Positions 1 to 8,387 of a stretch of 64,000 nucleotides of DNA are shown piece by piece. This DNA is from Gemmatimonadales bacterium (GTDB lineage: Bacteria; Gemmatimonadota; Gemmatimonadetes; Gemmatimonadales; GWC2-71-9), in NCBI GenBank assembly GCA_039794085.1, contig JBDIWC010000003.1:1-64000 (forward strand), written 5' to 3'. The notes beneath the pieces were generated by a model. The model had not been told where the DNA came from. It saw only the letters and a list, made by a program, of their open reading frames with translations, and searched no databases. A program made the position numbers and the translations under genes. Each line of letters starts with the position of its first letter. Position 1 is the first letter of the stretch.

Positions 1-119
1 CATCCGATCCTTGAAGGAACTACTGTACGCCGTCATCATTCGGTCACCTCGTCGCCCCCAGCGGTGAGCACCTCACCCCGTCACAGAAGGTGACGGGCGA
101 TGCGACAACTATCCTGACA
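1..119 (-). mobile_element. Left end of a probable IS3-family insertion sequence; OrfA N-terminus runs off the window start
   Basis: Minus strand begins TGTCAGGATAGTTGTCGCA at 119, a TG-start terminal repeat typical of IS3. RBS GAGGTG is followed by ATG at 39, giving MMTAYSSSFKDRM, which resembles the IS3 OrfA HTH start (YSxxFKxxM). Only 13 codons are visible. Confidence 0.55.
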
Positions 120-357
120 CAGGGGGATATATAGGGAGGCCATCTCCGAGACGGATATGCAAGGACTGATCCGATTCTATGAGTCGGACCTGGGTCAACG
201 TGTCCTGGTAAAACTTCCCAGCCTTCTCAATAGAGCCAGCGGCGTCGTGGCGGATCGACTCCGGCGTCATCTTCCGGAGTTCATGGCGGAGTTGAGAGTG
301 GTCGCGCGAGATTCTCTTTAGGTCCTCCATGGGAGATCTTCTTTCGGTATCGAGCAT
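109..357 (-). pseudogene. Hypothetical ORF apparently truncated by the IS end
   Basis: 82-aa ORF whose last codons and stop (VSG*) are supplied by the putative IS terminal repeat. No recognisable domain. Confidence 0.3.
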
Positions 358-414
358 GGTCGCCGGGCACGCGTGATCCGAGTGGTAGTAAAGCTACCCC
401 GGTGTGGTGGCAGA

Positions 415-1512
415 ATGTGGTCACTTGGCTGCATGGTGGTGCTCACGGCCTCGGCAGGATGTGAGGGCCACGGTCGGGAGGACACGGGTGTACCCGGACC
501 TGAACTGACACCTGTGTATACGGTGACGCTGCAGGAGACCGACTCGCTCTTCCTCGCGAATCCACGTGGGATGGCGGTTGATGCCCGCGGGCGCCTCTAC
601 GTGGGTGATGCCTTTCACCGGCGGGTCGTCCGGTTCAGCCGCTCGGGGGCACTCGACCGGGTCTTCGGGCGGCATGGCCGGGGGCCGGGAGAGTTCGTGG
701 CACCTGCCACCATCTTTTTCCCTGACGATACAACCGTTGCCATCGGCGACGCCAATCTCTTCCGGATCGCCTTGTTTCACTCCGAGACCGGGGCCGTGTT
801 TCGCACCGTGCCGATGTCGGGGCATGTGCGCAGTGCCCGGGTCGTAGGCGACCACATCTGGCTCGGTGCGCTCAATGTGACGGACGGTCTTGCCGTGACT
901 CGATGGGACTACCGCCGGGACGCGATCGAGCGCCTGGTGCCGCTCCCGGATTTCATGAGGGAGGGTACGCCGGTGGCGGGTATCTTTGACGGTGTAAGCC
1001 TTGCATCCCTGAATGACGGGAACATGCTCGTCGGGATCATGGCCCTGCCAGTCCTGCTCACAGTGACGACGGAAGGCCATGTATTGGACTCGGTGCGCGT
1101 TCCCGCCGTGCGAAGGCGCGGCGTCCCGGACGACCTTGCGCGCCGGCTGGAGGAAAGCGGCTCCTTCGAAGAGATGTTCCGGCTCGCCAGCTACCTGTTC
1201 CACCTTGGTGCTCGGCACGATGGTTCAGTCGCCGTGATCTATTACGATCAGGAGTACAAGAACAACGCGATCTCCGCGAAGGCGTACGTGTCCGTGCTTT
1301 CGGCTGATCAGTCTCGGGTGTGCGCCGACGCCCCGGTCCCCGCGAGTGGGGAGATACAGCTACAGACGGCCTTCATGGGAGACACCCTGGTGGTACTCGA
1401 CCAGAAACCGGTGGGGGAAGACCGCCTTGTGACAACCGTTACCGGGTATCTGATCGATACCGAGCGCTGCGACTGGCTTCCCACCACGCGCTCCGCAGCG
1501 GCCACCCAATGA
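415..1512 (+). CDS. 6-bladed beta-propeller (NHL-like) lipoprotein
   Basis: Signal peptide with lipobox-like SAGC; NHL-type PRGMAVDARGRLYVGD and FGRHGRGPGEF motifs. Start could be 373. Confidence 0.75.
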   Translation: MWSLGCMVVLTASAGCEGHGREDTGVPGPELTPVYTVTLQETDSLFLANPRGMAVDARGRLYVGDAFHRRVVRFSRSGALDRVFGRHGRGPGEFVAPATIFFPDDTTVAIGDANLFRIALFHSETGAVFRTVPMSGHVRSARVVGDHIWLGALNVTDGLAVTRWDYRRDAIERLVPLPDFMREGTPVAGIFDGVSLASLNDGNMLVGIMALPVLLTVTTEGHVLDSVRVPAVRRRGVPDDLARRLEESGSFEEMFRLASYLFHLGARHDGSVAVIYYDQEYKNNAISAKAYVSVLSADQSRVCADAPVPASGEIQLQTAFMGDTLVVLDQKPVGEDRLVTTVTGYLIDTERCDWLPTTRSAAATQ

Positions 1513-1638
1513 GGTAGATGGATCGAAGCGACACCCAGCGTCGCCGAGGCCCAGATGTTCCCCGAGCGGCGGGGAATAGGCGGGAGGGGCTGCTCGAGAA
1601 CGGCCCCTAGCCTGCCTGACATCCGATGCCAGCCGCCG

Positions 1639-2181
1639 TCAGATCGGCCGGAACAGGTTCTCCAGATCGATCACCAGGGCCTCGCCCGCTCCGGAGGGAT
1701 GCCAACGGACCGCCGTGCGCTCGACGGTGGGGGTGACGACCTCCGGGGTCCAGACCTCCACCACCTTCCGGTCGGCGTCCACCAGCCAGTAGAGCGGGAC
1801 GCCCACGTCCTGGTAGAGCCGTCGCTTGGTGACGCGGTCCTGGTGGGCGCTGGAGGGGCTCACCACTTCGACCACCAGCAGGAGAGTCTTGACGCTGTCC
1901 CACGAGAGCGTGCGGGCTTCGGTCCGATCCGCCACGAGCAGGTCGGGAATCACCAGCGTGTCATCCGACCAGGAGATGTCACCCCCCGTGGCCCCGACTC
2001 CCACCGGGTACCGTTCGAGATAACCGGCGATGGCATGGGCCAGCCGGAAGAGCACGAACTGGTGCCAGGCCCGCGGCGCAGGGGTCACCAAAAGCTCCCC
2101 GTGCACGGTCTCGTACCGGTTGCCGTCCTCCGGCAGGTCCAGGACCATCGCCGCGGTATAGTAGGAAAGAGACATGCCCAT
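1639..2181 (-). CDS. Uma2-family (DUF820) putative endonuclease
   Basis: RYETVHGELLVTPAP, IPDLLV, LLVVEVVSPSS, DRVTKRRLYQDVGVPLYWLVD motifs. Confidence 0.9.
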   Translation of the reverse strand: MGMSLSYYTAAMVLDLPEDGNRYETVHGELLVTPAPRAWHQFVLFRLAHAIAGYLERYPVGVGATGGDISWSDDTLVIPDLLVADRTEARTLSWDSVKTLLLVVEVVSPSSAHQDRVTKRRLYQDVGVPLYWLVDADRKVVEVWTPEVVTPTVERTAVRWHPSGAGEALVIDLENLFRPI

Positions 2182-2432
2182 AGTATCGGCTCGGCGAATG
2201 GGGGTTGGCAAGACATCTCCGCACGATGTCCAGGCTGCCATCCGCGGTGGTAACCCGATTCGCGCAGGGAAGGCTCTTTCGACGCGGGTCGCCACCACAC
2301 CGAAACAGGCGCCCGGGCCGGGCCAACGGGTCCTTCGTGGTGAGGGCCGTTCGCGAACGGCCCGTACAGACCGCCTGACATCCGATGCCAGCCGCTGCGC
2401 GGGGAGTGCTGCGCGTTGCCCCTGACCCCGCC

Positions 2433-2498
2433 TCAGATCGGCCGGAACAGATTCTCCAGGTCGATCACCAGGGCCTCGCCCGCCCCGGAGGGATGCCA
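2433..2498 (-). pseudogene. Remnant 3' end of a third Uma2 paralog
   Basis: Near-identical copy of 1639-1704 (WHPSGAGEALVIDLENLFRPI*) with 3 synonymous differences. The downstream block (about 1614-1636) is repeated at about 2373-2395. Confidence 0.75.
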
Positions 2499-2528
2499 GG
2501 GATACGTCGCGGGCTCGATGGTCGGAGA

Positions 2529-3089
2529 TCAGACTGGGGAGAACAGCATCTCCATCTCCAACGCAAACGAGGTTCGGGTACCTGCGGGATGCCAGCGGAG
2601 GACGTCCTCAACCTCCACCGGTTTTTTGGCACCGGGCGTCCAGCTCTCCACTGTGCGCCCGATCGGATCGACCACCCAGTAGAGCGGAACCCCCGCTTCC
2701 TGGTACAACCGTCGCTTGGCTCCCCGGTCTCCCCGGTGGCTTCCGGGTGAGAGCACCTCCGCCACCAGCAGGAGGGTCTGCACCCGCCGCCAGTCGAGCG
2801 TTCTCATCTCGTCCCGGGGCGCCACGAAGACGTCGGGTTGGACCAGGGAGTCGGGCCCCCAGGAGATGTCGGCGGGGAGCGCGAGGACCATGCCCACCGG
2901 TTCCGTGGCGAGATACCGCTTGAGTGCATCCGCCAGCCGGTCCACCACGATCTGATGCCAGAGCGAGGGCGCCGGAGTCACGACGAGTTCCCCGTGGGCC
3001 GTTTCGTACCGGCACCCATCCGGGGGGAGACCAAGGACCATCTCGGCGGTCCAGAACTCGGGGAGCGGGGACAGGACAGGCATACCCAT
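2529..3089 (-). CDS. Uma2-family putative endonuclease (second copy)
   Basis: RYETAHGELVVTPAP, VQPDVFV, LLVAEVLSPGS, KRRLYQEAGVPLYWVVDP motifs. Confidence 0.9.
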   Translation of the reverse strand: MGMPVLSPLPEFWTAEMVLGLPPDGCRYETAHGELVVTPAPSLWHQIVVDRLADALKRYLATEPVGMVLALPADISWGPDSLVQPDVFVAPRDEMRTLDWRRVQTLLLVAEVLSPGSHRGDRGAKRRLYQEAGVPLYWVVDPIGRTVESWTPGAKKPVEVEDVLRWHPAGTRTSFALEMEMLFSPV

Positions 3090-3283
3090 ACGTTCGTCTC
3101 GGCGGTGGAGGTTGCGCAAGGGGGGTGGGGTGGGTGTTGGGTGCCGGGTGTTGGGGGTTGGTGAGCAGGATGGCGGGGCATTCTCAAGAATCGCCCGGGA
3201 TCGTCCGGATCCGATCGCCGTTTCGGCTCACCGATGACCCGGAAAACGCGTTGTCATGGAACGCGGAAACCGGCTTGTGTATC

Positions 3284-3328
3284 GGACAACTCGACCAACT
3301 TGACCAACTTGGCCGCCGACACTATCTT
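3284..3328 (+). promoter_or_regulatory. Sigma70 promoter overlapped by 9-bp-period direct repeats (probable TA operator)
   Basis: TTGACC(3300)-N17-TATCTT(3323); repeats GGACAACT/GACCAACT/GACCAACT at 3284, 3293 and 3302. Confidence 0.6.
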
Positions 3329-3352
3329 CCCGAAAGAACGGAGGCGTCCATC

Positions 3353-3610
3353 ATGAAGAAGCGTGTGGTGCGGGAATCAGTGAACCTCTACGAGGCCAAG
3401 ACACATCTCAGCGCCCTGGTGGATCGGGCCGCGGCGGGCGAGGAAATTGTCATTGCCAAGGCGGGACGGCCCAAGGCGCTGCTGGTGCCGCTCGCGGACC
3501 CTGGAGTGCGCCGAGTGTCGGGTCGGGGCCGGGGCCGGTGGCGGGTGGCACGGGACTTCGACGCGCCGTTGCCCCGGGACATTCTCGACCGGTTCGAGGG
3601 ACGGGAGTGA
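3353..3610 (+). CDS. Phd/YefM-family antitoxin
   Basis: VNLYEAKTHLSALVDRAAAGEEIVIAKAGRP signature; RBS GGAGG; GTGA overlap with the PIN gene. Confidence 0.9.
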   Translation: MKKRVVRESVNLYEAKTHLSALVDRAAAGEEIVIAKAGRPKALLVPLADPGVRRVSGRGRGRWRVARDFDAPLPRDILDRFEGRE

Positions 3611-3978
3611 ACCTCCTCCTGGATACCCATGTGCTCATCTGGTGGGACGAGGGAGCCCGGCTCTCCCGCGACGCCCGATCCGGCATCCGGCACGCGGATC
3701 AGGTGTTCGTGAGCGCTGTTTCCGCCTGGGAAGTGGCCATCAAGACGACGCTCGGCAAGCTCCGGCCCAGCCGTACGGTGGCGGAAGCGGTGGATGAGTC
3801 GGGGTTTGAGGAACTCCCCGTGTCGTTTGCGCATGCGGACCTGCTCGCCACGCTTCCGCCGCATCACCGGGATCCATTCGATCGGATGCTGGTGGCACAG
3901 GCCCGATGCGAAGGGCTCGTCCTGGTGACGCGGGATCCTGTTTTCCAATGCTACGGCCTTCCGGTGTTGAAGGCCTGA
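3607..3978 (+). CDS. vapC: VapC-family PIN-domain toxin
   Basis: LLLDTHVLIW, SAVSAWEVAIK, HHRDPFDRMLVAQA and LVTRD PIN motifs. Confidence 0.9.
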   Translation: MNLLLDTHVLIWWDEGARLSRDARSGIRHADQVFVSAVSAWEVAIKTTLGKLRPSRTVAEAVDESGFEELPVSFAHADLLATLPPHHRDPFDRMLVAQARCEGLVLVTRDPVFQCYGLPVLKA

Positions 3979-3993
3979 CGGCGACTATATCCC

Positions 3994-4072
3994 CAGGGCG
4001 GCCCAAGGGCGGCCCACGGGCCGCCCCTACCGCCTGCCGCCTACCGCCTACCGTCCACCGCCGCCCCACCGT
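3994..4072. repeat. REP-like palindrome plus CCGCCTA-type heptamer run
   Basis: gggcggccc..gggccgccc hairpin followed by ctaccgc repeats. A related inverted structure occurs at about 19735-19780. Confidence 0.5.
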
Positions 4073-4120
4073 ACAATTCCAAGGGCTCCCGTTCCGGTTC
4101 ACCCTCAACCCGGTTTCCTC

Positions 4121-6388
4121 ATGCGTCTCTCGCTCCGCCCGATCCCCTTTCTCCTTGCCCTGGTTGGCATTGTCCTGCCGGCCCAGGCCCAGCAGCCCGA
4201 TCCCTCCCTCCTCACCGTGGAGCGGATCTTCGGCTCGGCCGACTTCCGGGGCGAGTTCTTTGGGCCGGCCCGCTGGCTCGATGGCGGGGCGGCCTACACC
4301 ACCCTGGAACGGGCCGTTGACGGACGGGGCCGGGATCTGGTTCGCTACGAGACCGAGCGGGGAACCCGGACCATTCTGGTGGCGGCGAGCGCCCTGGTTC
4401 CCCCCGGCGCCGAGGAGCCCCTCGCCATCGAGGACTACGCCTGGTCTCCGGCGGGAGACAAGCTCCTGGTCTATACCAACAGCGAGCAGGTCTGGCGCGC
4501 CAACACCCGCGGCGACTACTGGGTGCTCGACCGTGCGAGCGGTTCCCTCCGAAAACTGGGTGGGCCCGACGCCGCTCCCTCCACCCTGATGTTCGCCAAG
4601 TTCTCGCCGGACGGAAACCGGGTCGGGTACGTGCGCGAACACGACCTCCATGTCGAGGATCTGGAGACGGGTGCCATCACCCGTCTCACGAGGAATGGCT
4701 CCCGTACCCTGATCAACGGCACCTTCGACTGGGTCTACGAGGAGGAGTTCGGCCTGCGGGACGGGTGGCGCTGGAGCCCCGACGGCCGGACTATCGCCTT
4801 CTGGCAGCTCGACGCCACCGGTGTGCGCGACTTCCACATGATCCGCACCACCGATTCGCTCTACTCCACCGTGGTGCCGGTGCAGTACCCCAAGGCGGGG
4901 GAAGCCAATTCTGCCGCCCGCGTGGGTGTCATTCCGGCCACCGGCGGAGAGATCCGCTGGTTTGCTCTCCCCGGCGATCCCCGCAACACCTACCCGGCCC
5001 GGATGGAGTGGGCCGCCAACTCGGACGAGGTGGTGATCCAGTACCTCAATCGGCTCCAGAACCGTCTCCAGCTCCTCCTCGGCGACGCCCGCACCGGGGC
5101 GGTCCGGCCCATTCTCGTGGAGGAGGACAGCGCCTGGGTGGACGTGGTGGACGACATGGTCTGGATGGAGAACGGCCAGGCCTTCACCTGGGTCAGCGAA
5201 CGGGATGGATGGAACCACCTCTACCTGGTGAGCCGCGACGGGACGTCGGTGCGGCTCCTCACCCCGGGCGACTTCGACGTCCTCAACGTGCTCTCGATAG
5301 ACACCCGGGGCGGATACGTGTACTACATTGCCTCGCCCGACCAGCCGGCCCAGCGGTACCTCTACCGGGCCCGCCTCGACGGGAAGGGGAGTCCCGAGCG
5401 GCTTTCCCCCCTGGATGCGGCGGGGAGCCACGGCTATACCATCTCTCCCGATGCCCGGTGGGCCTTCCACACGATGTCGGCCTTCGGGCTTCCTCCAGCC
5501 ATCGACCTGGTCCGGTTGCCCGACCACCGGCCCGTGCGGGTCCTTGCCGCCAACACGGCGCTTCGGCAGAGGATGGAGGGACTCCGCCGCGGTCCCGTCT
5601 CCTTCGAAACCATTGACGCGGACAACGGGGAACGGCTCCAGGCCTGGGTCATGAAGCCGGCGGACTTCGACTCCACTCGGCGGTATCCTGTCCTTTTCTA
5701 TGTCTATGGCGGCCCGGGAAGCCAGACCGTGCTCGACAGCTGGGGCGGGAGCCGATACCTGTGGCACCTGATGCTCACCCAGAAGGGGTACGTGGTGGCG
5801 AGCATCGACAACCGGGGCACCGGCGCTCGCGGGAGTGCCTTCCGGAAGGTCACCTACGGCCGGCTCGGCGTGGTGGAGACCGAGGATCAGATCGCCGCGG
5901 CCCGGGCGTTTGCCCGGCGGCCCTGGGTGGATCCCGCGCGACTCGGCATCTGGGGATGGAGCTACGGCGGGTTCATGACCCTCAACAGTCTCTTCCAGGG
6001 GAACGATGTGTATCGGATGGGGATCGCCGTGGCGCCGGTCACCCACTGGCAATACTACGACAACATCTACACCGAGCGGTACAACGGCTTGCCCCAGCAG
6101 AATCGCGAGGGGTACGACACCGGTTCCCCCTTGTCGTATGTCTCGGGCCTCACGGGCGATCTTCTGCTCGTGCATGGAACGGGAGACGACAATGTCCACT
6201 ATCAGAACTCCGAGGCGCTCATCAATGCGCTGGTGGCGGCCAACAAACCGTTTGATTTCATGAGCTATCCCAACCGGAACCACAGCATCTCCGGAGGCAC
6301 CACGTCGGTGCATCTCTTCTCGACCATGACCCGTTATCTGGATGAGCATCTACTCCGACCTGTTCGGGAGGCATCGTTGACCCCCTGA
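4121..6388 (+). CDS. S9B dipeptidyl-peptidase IV-like serine peptidase, secreted
   Basis: Signal peptide; DPPIV_N motif DWVYEEE; catalytic GWSYGG, HGTGDDNVH and RNHSI. Confidence 0.95.
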   Translation: MRLSLRPIPFLLALVGIVLPAQAQQPDPSLLTVERIFGSADFRGEFFGPARWLDGGAAYTTLERAVDGRGRDLVRYETERGTRTILVAASALVPPGAEEPLAIEDYAWSPAGDKLLVYTNSEQVWRANTRGDYWVLDRASGSLRKLGGPDAAPSTLMFAKFSPDGNRVGYVREHDLHVEDLETGAITRLTRNGSRTLINGTFDWVYEEEFGLRDGWRWSPDGRTIAFWQLDATGVRDFHMIRTTDSLYSTVVPVQYPKAGEANSAARVGVIPATGGEIRWFALPGDPRNTYPARMEWAANSDEVVIQYLNRLQNRLQLLLGDARTGAVRPILVEEDSAWVDVVDDMVWMENGQAFTWVSERDGWNHLYLVSRDGTSVRLLTPGDFDVLNVLSIDTRGGYVYYIASPDQPAQRYLYRARLDGKGSPERLSPLDAAGSHGYTISPDARWAFHTMSAFGLPPAIDLVRLPDHRPVRVLAANTALRQRMEGLRRGPVSFETIDADNGERLQAWVMKPADFDSTRRYPVLFYVYGGPGSQTVLDSWGGSRYLWHLMLTQKGYVVASIDNRGTGARGSAFRKVTYGRLGVVETEDQIAAARAFARRPWVDPARLGIWGWSYGGFMTLNSLFQGNDVYRMGIAVAPVTHWQYYDNIYTERYNGLPQQNREGYDTGSPLSYVSGLTGDLLLVHGTGDDNVHYQNSEALINALVAANKPFDFMSYPNRNHSISGGTTSVHLFSTMTRYLDEHLLRPVREASLTP

Positions 6389-6421
6389 GGTCGGGATCCA
6401 CCTCAACCCGGGAGGCACACC

Positions 6422-6637
6422 ATGCAGTACGAAGCGATCGTGGAATTGCTCGACTGGGCGGGAGGGCATGAGCAGGCGGTGCGGATCACCACGTCCGACC
6501 ACAACACGGTCCAGGGGATTCCCACCAGCGTCGACACCCATGTGGCGGCGCACGAGGTCTACATCCGTCCCCTGGGAATCGAGGATACCGAAATCGCCGT
6601 TTCCCTCGGTGCCATCGAGTCGGTCGAGTTGGCCTAG
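6422..6637 (+). CDS. Hypothetical 71-aa protein, possibly Sm/LSm-like fold
   Basis: RBS GGAGG; N-terminal helix followed by beta-strand pattern (VRITT..VQG....VD...VYI...IAVSLGAIESVEL). Confidence 0.6.
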   Translation: MQYEAIVELLDWAGGHEQAVRITTSDHNTVQGIPTSVDTHVAAHEVYIRPLGIEDTEIAVSLGAIESVELA

Positions 6638-6659
6638 GGTTGCGCGAAACGTTGCGAGC

Positions 6660-6686
6660 TGAAACATTTCACCGGCCCGCTCCGTA
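6660..6686 (+). promoter_or_regulatory. Putative ECF-sigma promoter for the small-protein/pspA cluster
   Basis: TGAAAC(6660)-N17-CGTA(6683), close to the SigW-type TGAAAC-N16-CGTA consensus, about 28 nt before the first start codon. Confidence 0.45.
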
Positions 6687-6713
6687 CCGGCTGAGGTAAC
6701 CTGGAGGGTGCTC

Positions 6714-6980
6714 GTGGACAGACAGACGCTCGCGGTGATGATCCCTGTGCTCGCGGTGTTTTTCACCGGGCTCGTGGCGTTGTCTCGCACGGCCATCGGG
6801 AAGGCGCTGGCCCGGCGGATCGGGGGCGAGACCGGCGCCCACCTCGATGAGCATCGGCTGGCGGTCCTGGAGGATGACATGGAGCGGCTCCGGCAGGAGT
6901 TGATGGAGACGCAGGAGCGGCTCGATTTTGCCGAACGGCTCCTGGCGGCGCCGGCCCGAGGAGGGAGTGGAGAGGAGTGA
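6714..6980 (+). CDS. PspB-like single-TM coiled-coil protein, paralog 1
   Basis: TM helix, AIGKALARRI, coiled coil ending QERLDFAERLL. RBS spacing favours GTG at 6714 over 6708. Confidence 0.8.
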   Translation: MDRQTLAVMIPVLAVFFTGLVALSRTAIGKALARRIGGETGAHLDEHRLAVLEDDMERLRQELMETQERLDFAERLLAAPARGGSGEE

Positions 6981-7019
6981 GAAGCGAGAGAATGCGCTAC
7001 GCCGGGGAGGGCGTCCGAG

Positions 7020-7295
7020 ATGGGTGAGCTGGTGCCGATCTTCGGGATGATGACCGGAATCGTCATGATGACGGTCCTCGGCATCACCATCGTGAAGGTG
7101 TTGAACGGGCCGGTGGGGAAGGCCCTGGCGAAGCGCATGGGGTACGGCGGCGAGGGAGAGGAACCCTCCCCTGAAACCGAGGCGTTGTTGGAGCGGCTCG
7201 AGTCGGTGGAACACCGGCTCGTCGAGACCGAAGAGCGCCTGGAGTTCACCGAGCGGTTGCTCAGTGATCCCGCCCGGCGAGGGGACGGGACCTAG
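7020..7295 (+). CDS. PspB-like single-TM coiled-coil protein, paralog 2
   Basis: TM helix, PVGKALAKRM, EERLEFTERLL. Confidence 0.8.
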   Translation: MGELVPIFGMMTGIVMMTVLGITIVKVLNGPVGKALAKRMGYGGEGEEPSPETEALLERLESVEHRLVETEERLEFTERLLSDPARRGDGT

Positions 7296-7298
7296 CAG

Positions 7299-7538
7299 AT
7301 GGAAGACATCCTCGCCATTACGTTCCTGTTCGGTGGTGGCACGCTGGCGGCGATCTCGTTCAGCCCCATCGGCCGGGCGATCGCCGACCGCATCCGGGGG
7401 AGAAAGGGTCCGGAAGGGCCGGACCAGGCGCTCCTGGACGAGGTGGAACGGCTGAGAGTGGAATTGACCGAGGTTCAGGAGCGTCTGGACTTTGCCGAGC
7501 GGCTGCTGGCGCCGCGAGGAGTGAGTGGAGAGGAGTGA
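7299..7538 (+). CDS. PspB-like single-TM coiled-coil protein, paralog 3
   Basis: TM with FGGG, PIGRAIADRI, QERLDFAERLL. Confidence 0.8.
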   Translation: MEDILAITFLFGGGTLAAISFSPIGRAIADRIRGRKGPEGPDQALLDEVERLRVELTEVQERLDFAERLLAPRGVSGEE

Positions 7539-7636
7539 AACCGCGAGGAGTGAGTGAAGAGGAGTGAGAAGTGAGATAGCACGAGACGTTCGCCGTGCGT
7601 GGAATTGCTCCCCAACCGGAACCAAGGTGGCTGGTT

Positions 7637-7879
7637 ATGGAAGGCGTGCTCGCAATCATCTTCATCTTCGGCGGCGGAACGCTGTTCCTGCTGTCGGTGA
7701 GCCCTGTCGGGAAGGCCTTTGCCGAGCGGTTGCGGGGACATCCCTCCGCGACGCAGGATCCGGAGATTCTCGACGAGCTGCACCAGCTCCGCCAAGACGT
7801 TGCTGAACTTCAGGAACGGGTGGATTTCGCGGAGCGGTTGCTCTCCGACGGACGGCGGGAAGTAGGAAGTAGGGAGTAG
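7637..7879 (+). CDS. PspB-like single-TM coiled-coil protein, paralog 4
   Basis: TM with FGGG, PVGKAFAERL, QERVDFAERLL. Confidence 0.8.
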   Translation: MEGVLAIIFIFGGGTLFLLSVSPVGKAFAERLRGHPSATQDPEILDELHQLRQDVAELQERVDFAERLLSDGRREVGSRE

Positions 7880-7909
7880 GGAATAGGGAGTAGGGAATAG
7901 GGAATAGGG
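7856..7909 (+). repeat. GGGA(A/G)TA heptamer tandem repeat
   Basis: About 7 units of ggaagta/gggagta/gggaata overlapping the stop of paralog 4. Confidence 0.8.
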
Positions 7910-7937
7910 AGGACGGAATGGGGATTGCAGACGGAAC

Positions 7938-7963
7938 GTCACCCCGGCGAATGCCGGGGTCCA
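7938..7963 (+). repeat. REP-like palindrome GTCACCCCGGCGAATGCCGGGGTCCA
   Basis: Same family as the copies at 11181, 11363, 11534 and 17082, and the degenerate inverted copy at about 18065. Confidence 0.8.
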
Positions 7964-8012
7964 GCGGTGGGGGGCGCACCGATGGACAAACAGCCTGGGA
8001 GGACACACCACG

Positions 8013-8387
8013 ATGGCACCAATGGAGATGGCCGCAGGGATGCTGATCCAGGTTCCAGCTCCGCCGCTGCCGCCGGAGGTGGTGGTCCTCCCCGGTGGCC
8101 CCCCCGAGGAAGTGATCCTGTTCGTGAGCTTGGCTGTGTTGGCCGCGGGGTTCTTCCTCCTGCGCCCTCTCTTCCGCGCCTGGGCTCGGCGCATCGAAGG
8201 CGGGGCGACCTCCCCCGAGCTGGTGGCGGACGTCGAGCAGTTGCGGGAGCGACTGCAGGACGTGGATCTGCTGTACCAGCGGATTGGGGAGCTGGAGGAG
8301 CGAGTGGACTTTGCCGAGCGGTTGTTGACCCACGGAGGGACCGCGGCCCCAGAGACGGCCTCTCTCACCCCCGATTCCGCGGCATGA
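8013..8387 (+). CDS. PspB-like coiled-coil membrane protein, paralog 5 (Pro-rich N-terminus)
   Basis: Pro-rich leader, TM helix, PLFRAWARRI, EERVDFAERLL; RBS GGAGGA. Confidence 0.8.
   Translation: MAPMEMAAGMLIQVPAPPLPPEVVVLPGGPPEEVILFVSLAVLAAGFFLLRPLFRAWARRIEGGATSPELVADVEQLRERLQDVDLLYQRIGELEERVDFAERLLTHGGTAAPETASLTPDSAA

Noticed and set aside
1639..2498. Possible DGR template/variable repeat pair at the Uma2 3' end
   Set aside because: The differences are three synonymous third-position changes, not an adenine-specific pattern, and no reverse transcriptase is in the window.
3740..6349. 869-aa minus-strand ORF
   Set aside because: Antisense shadow of the DPP-IV gene, expected in high-GC DNA; no domain motifs.
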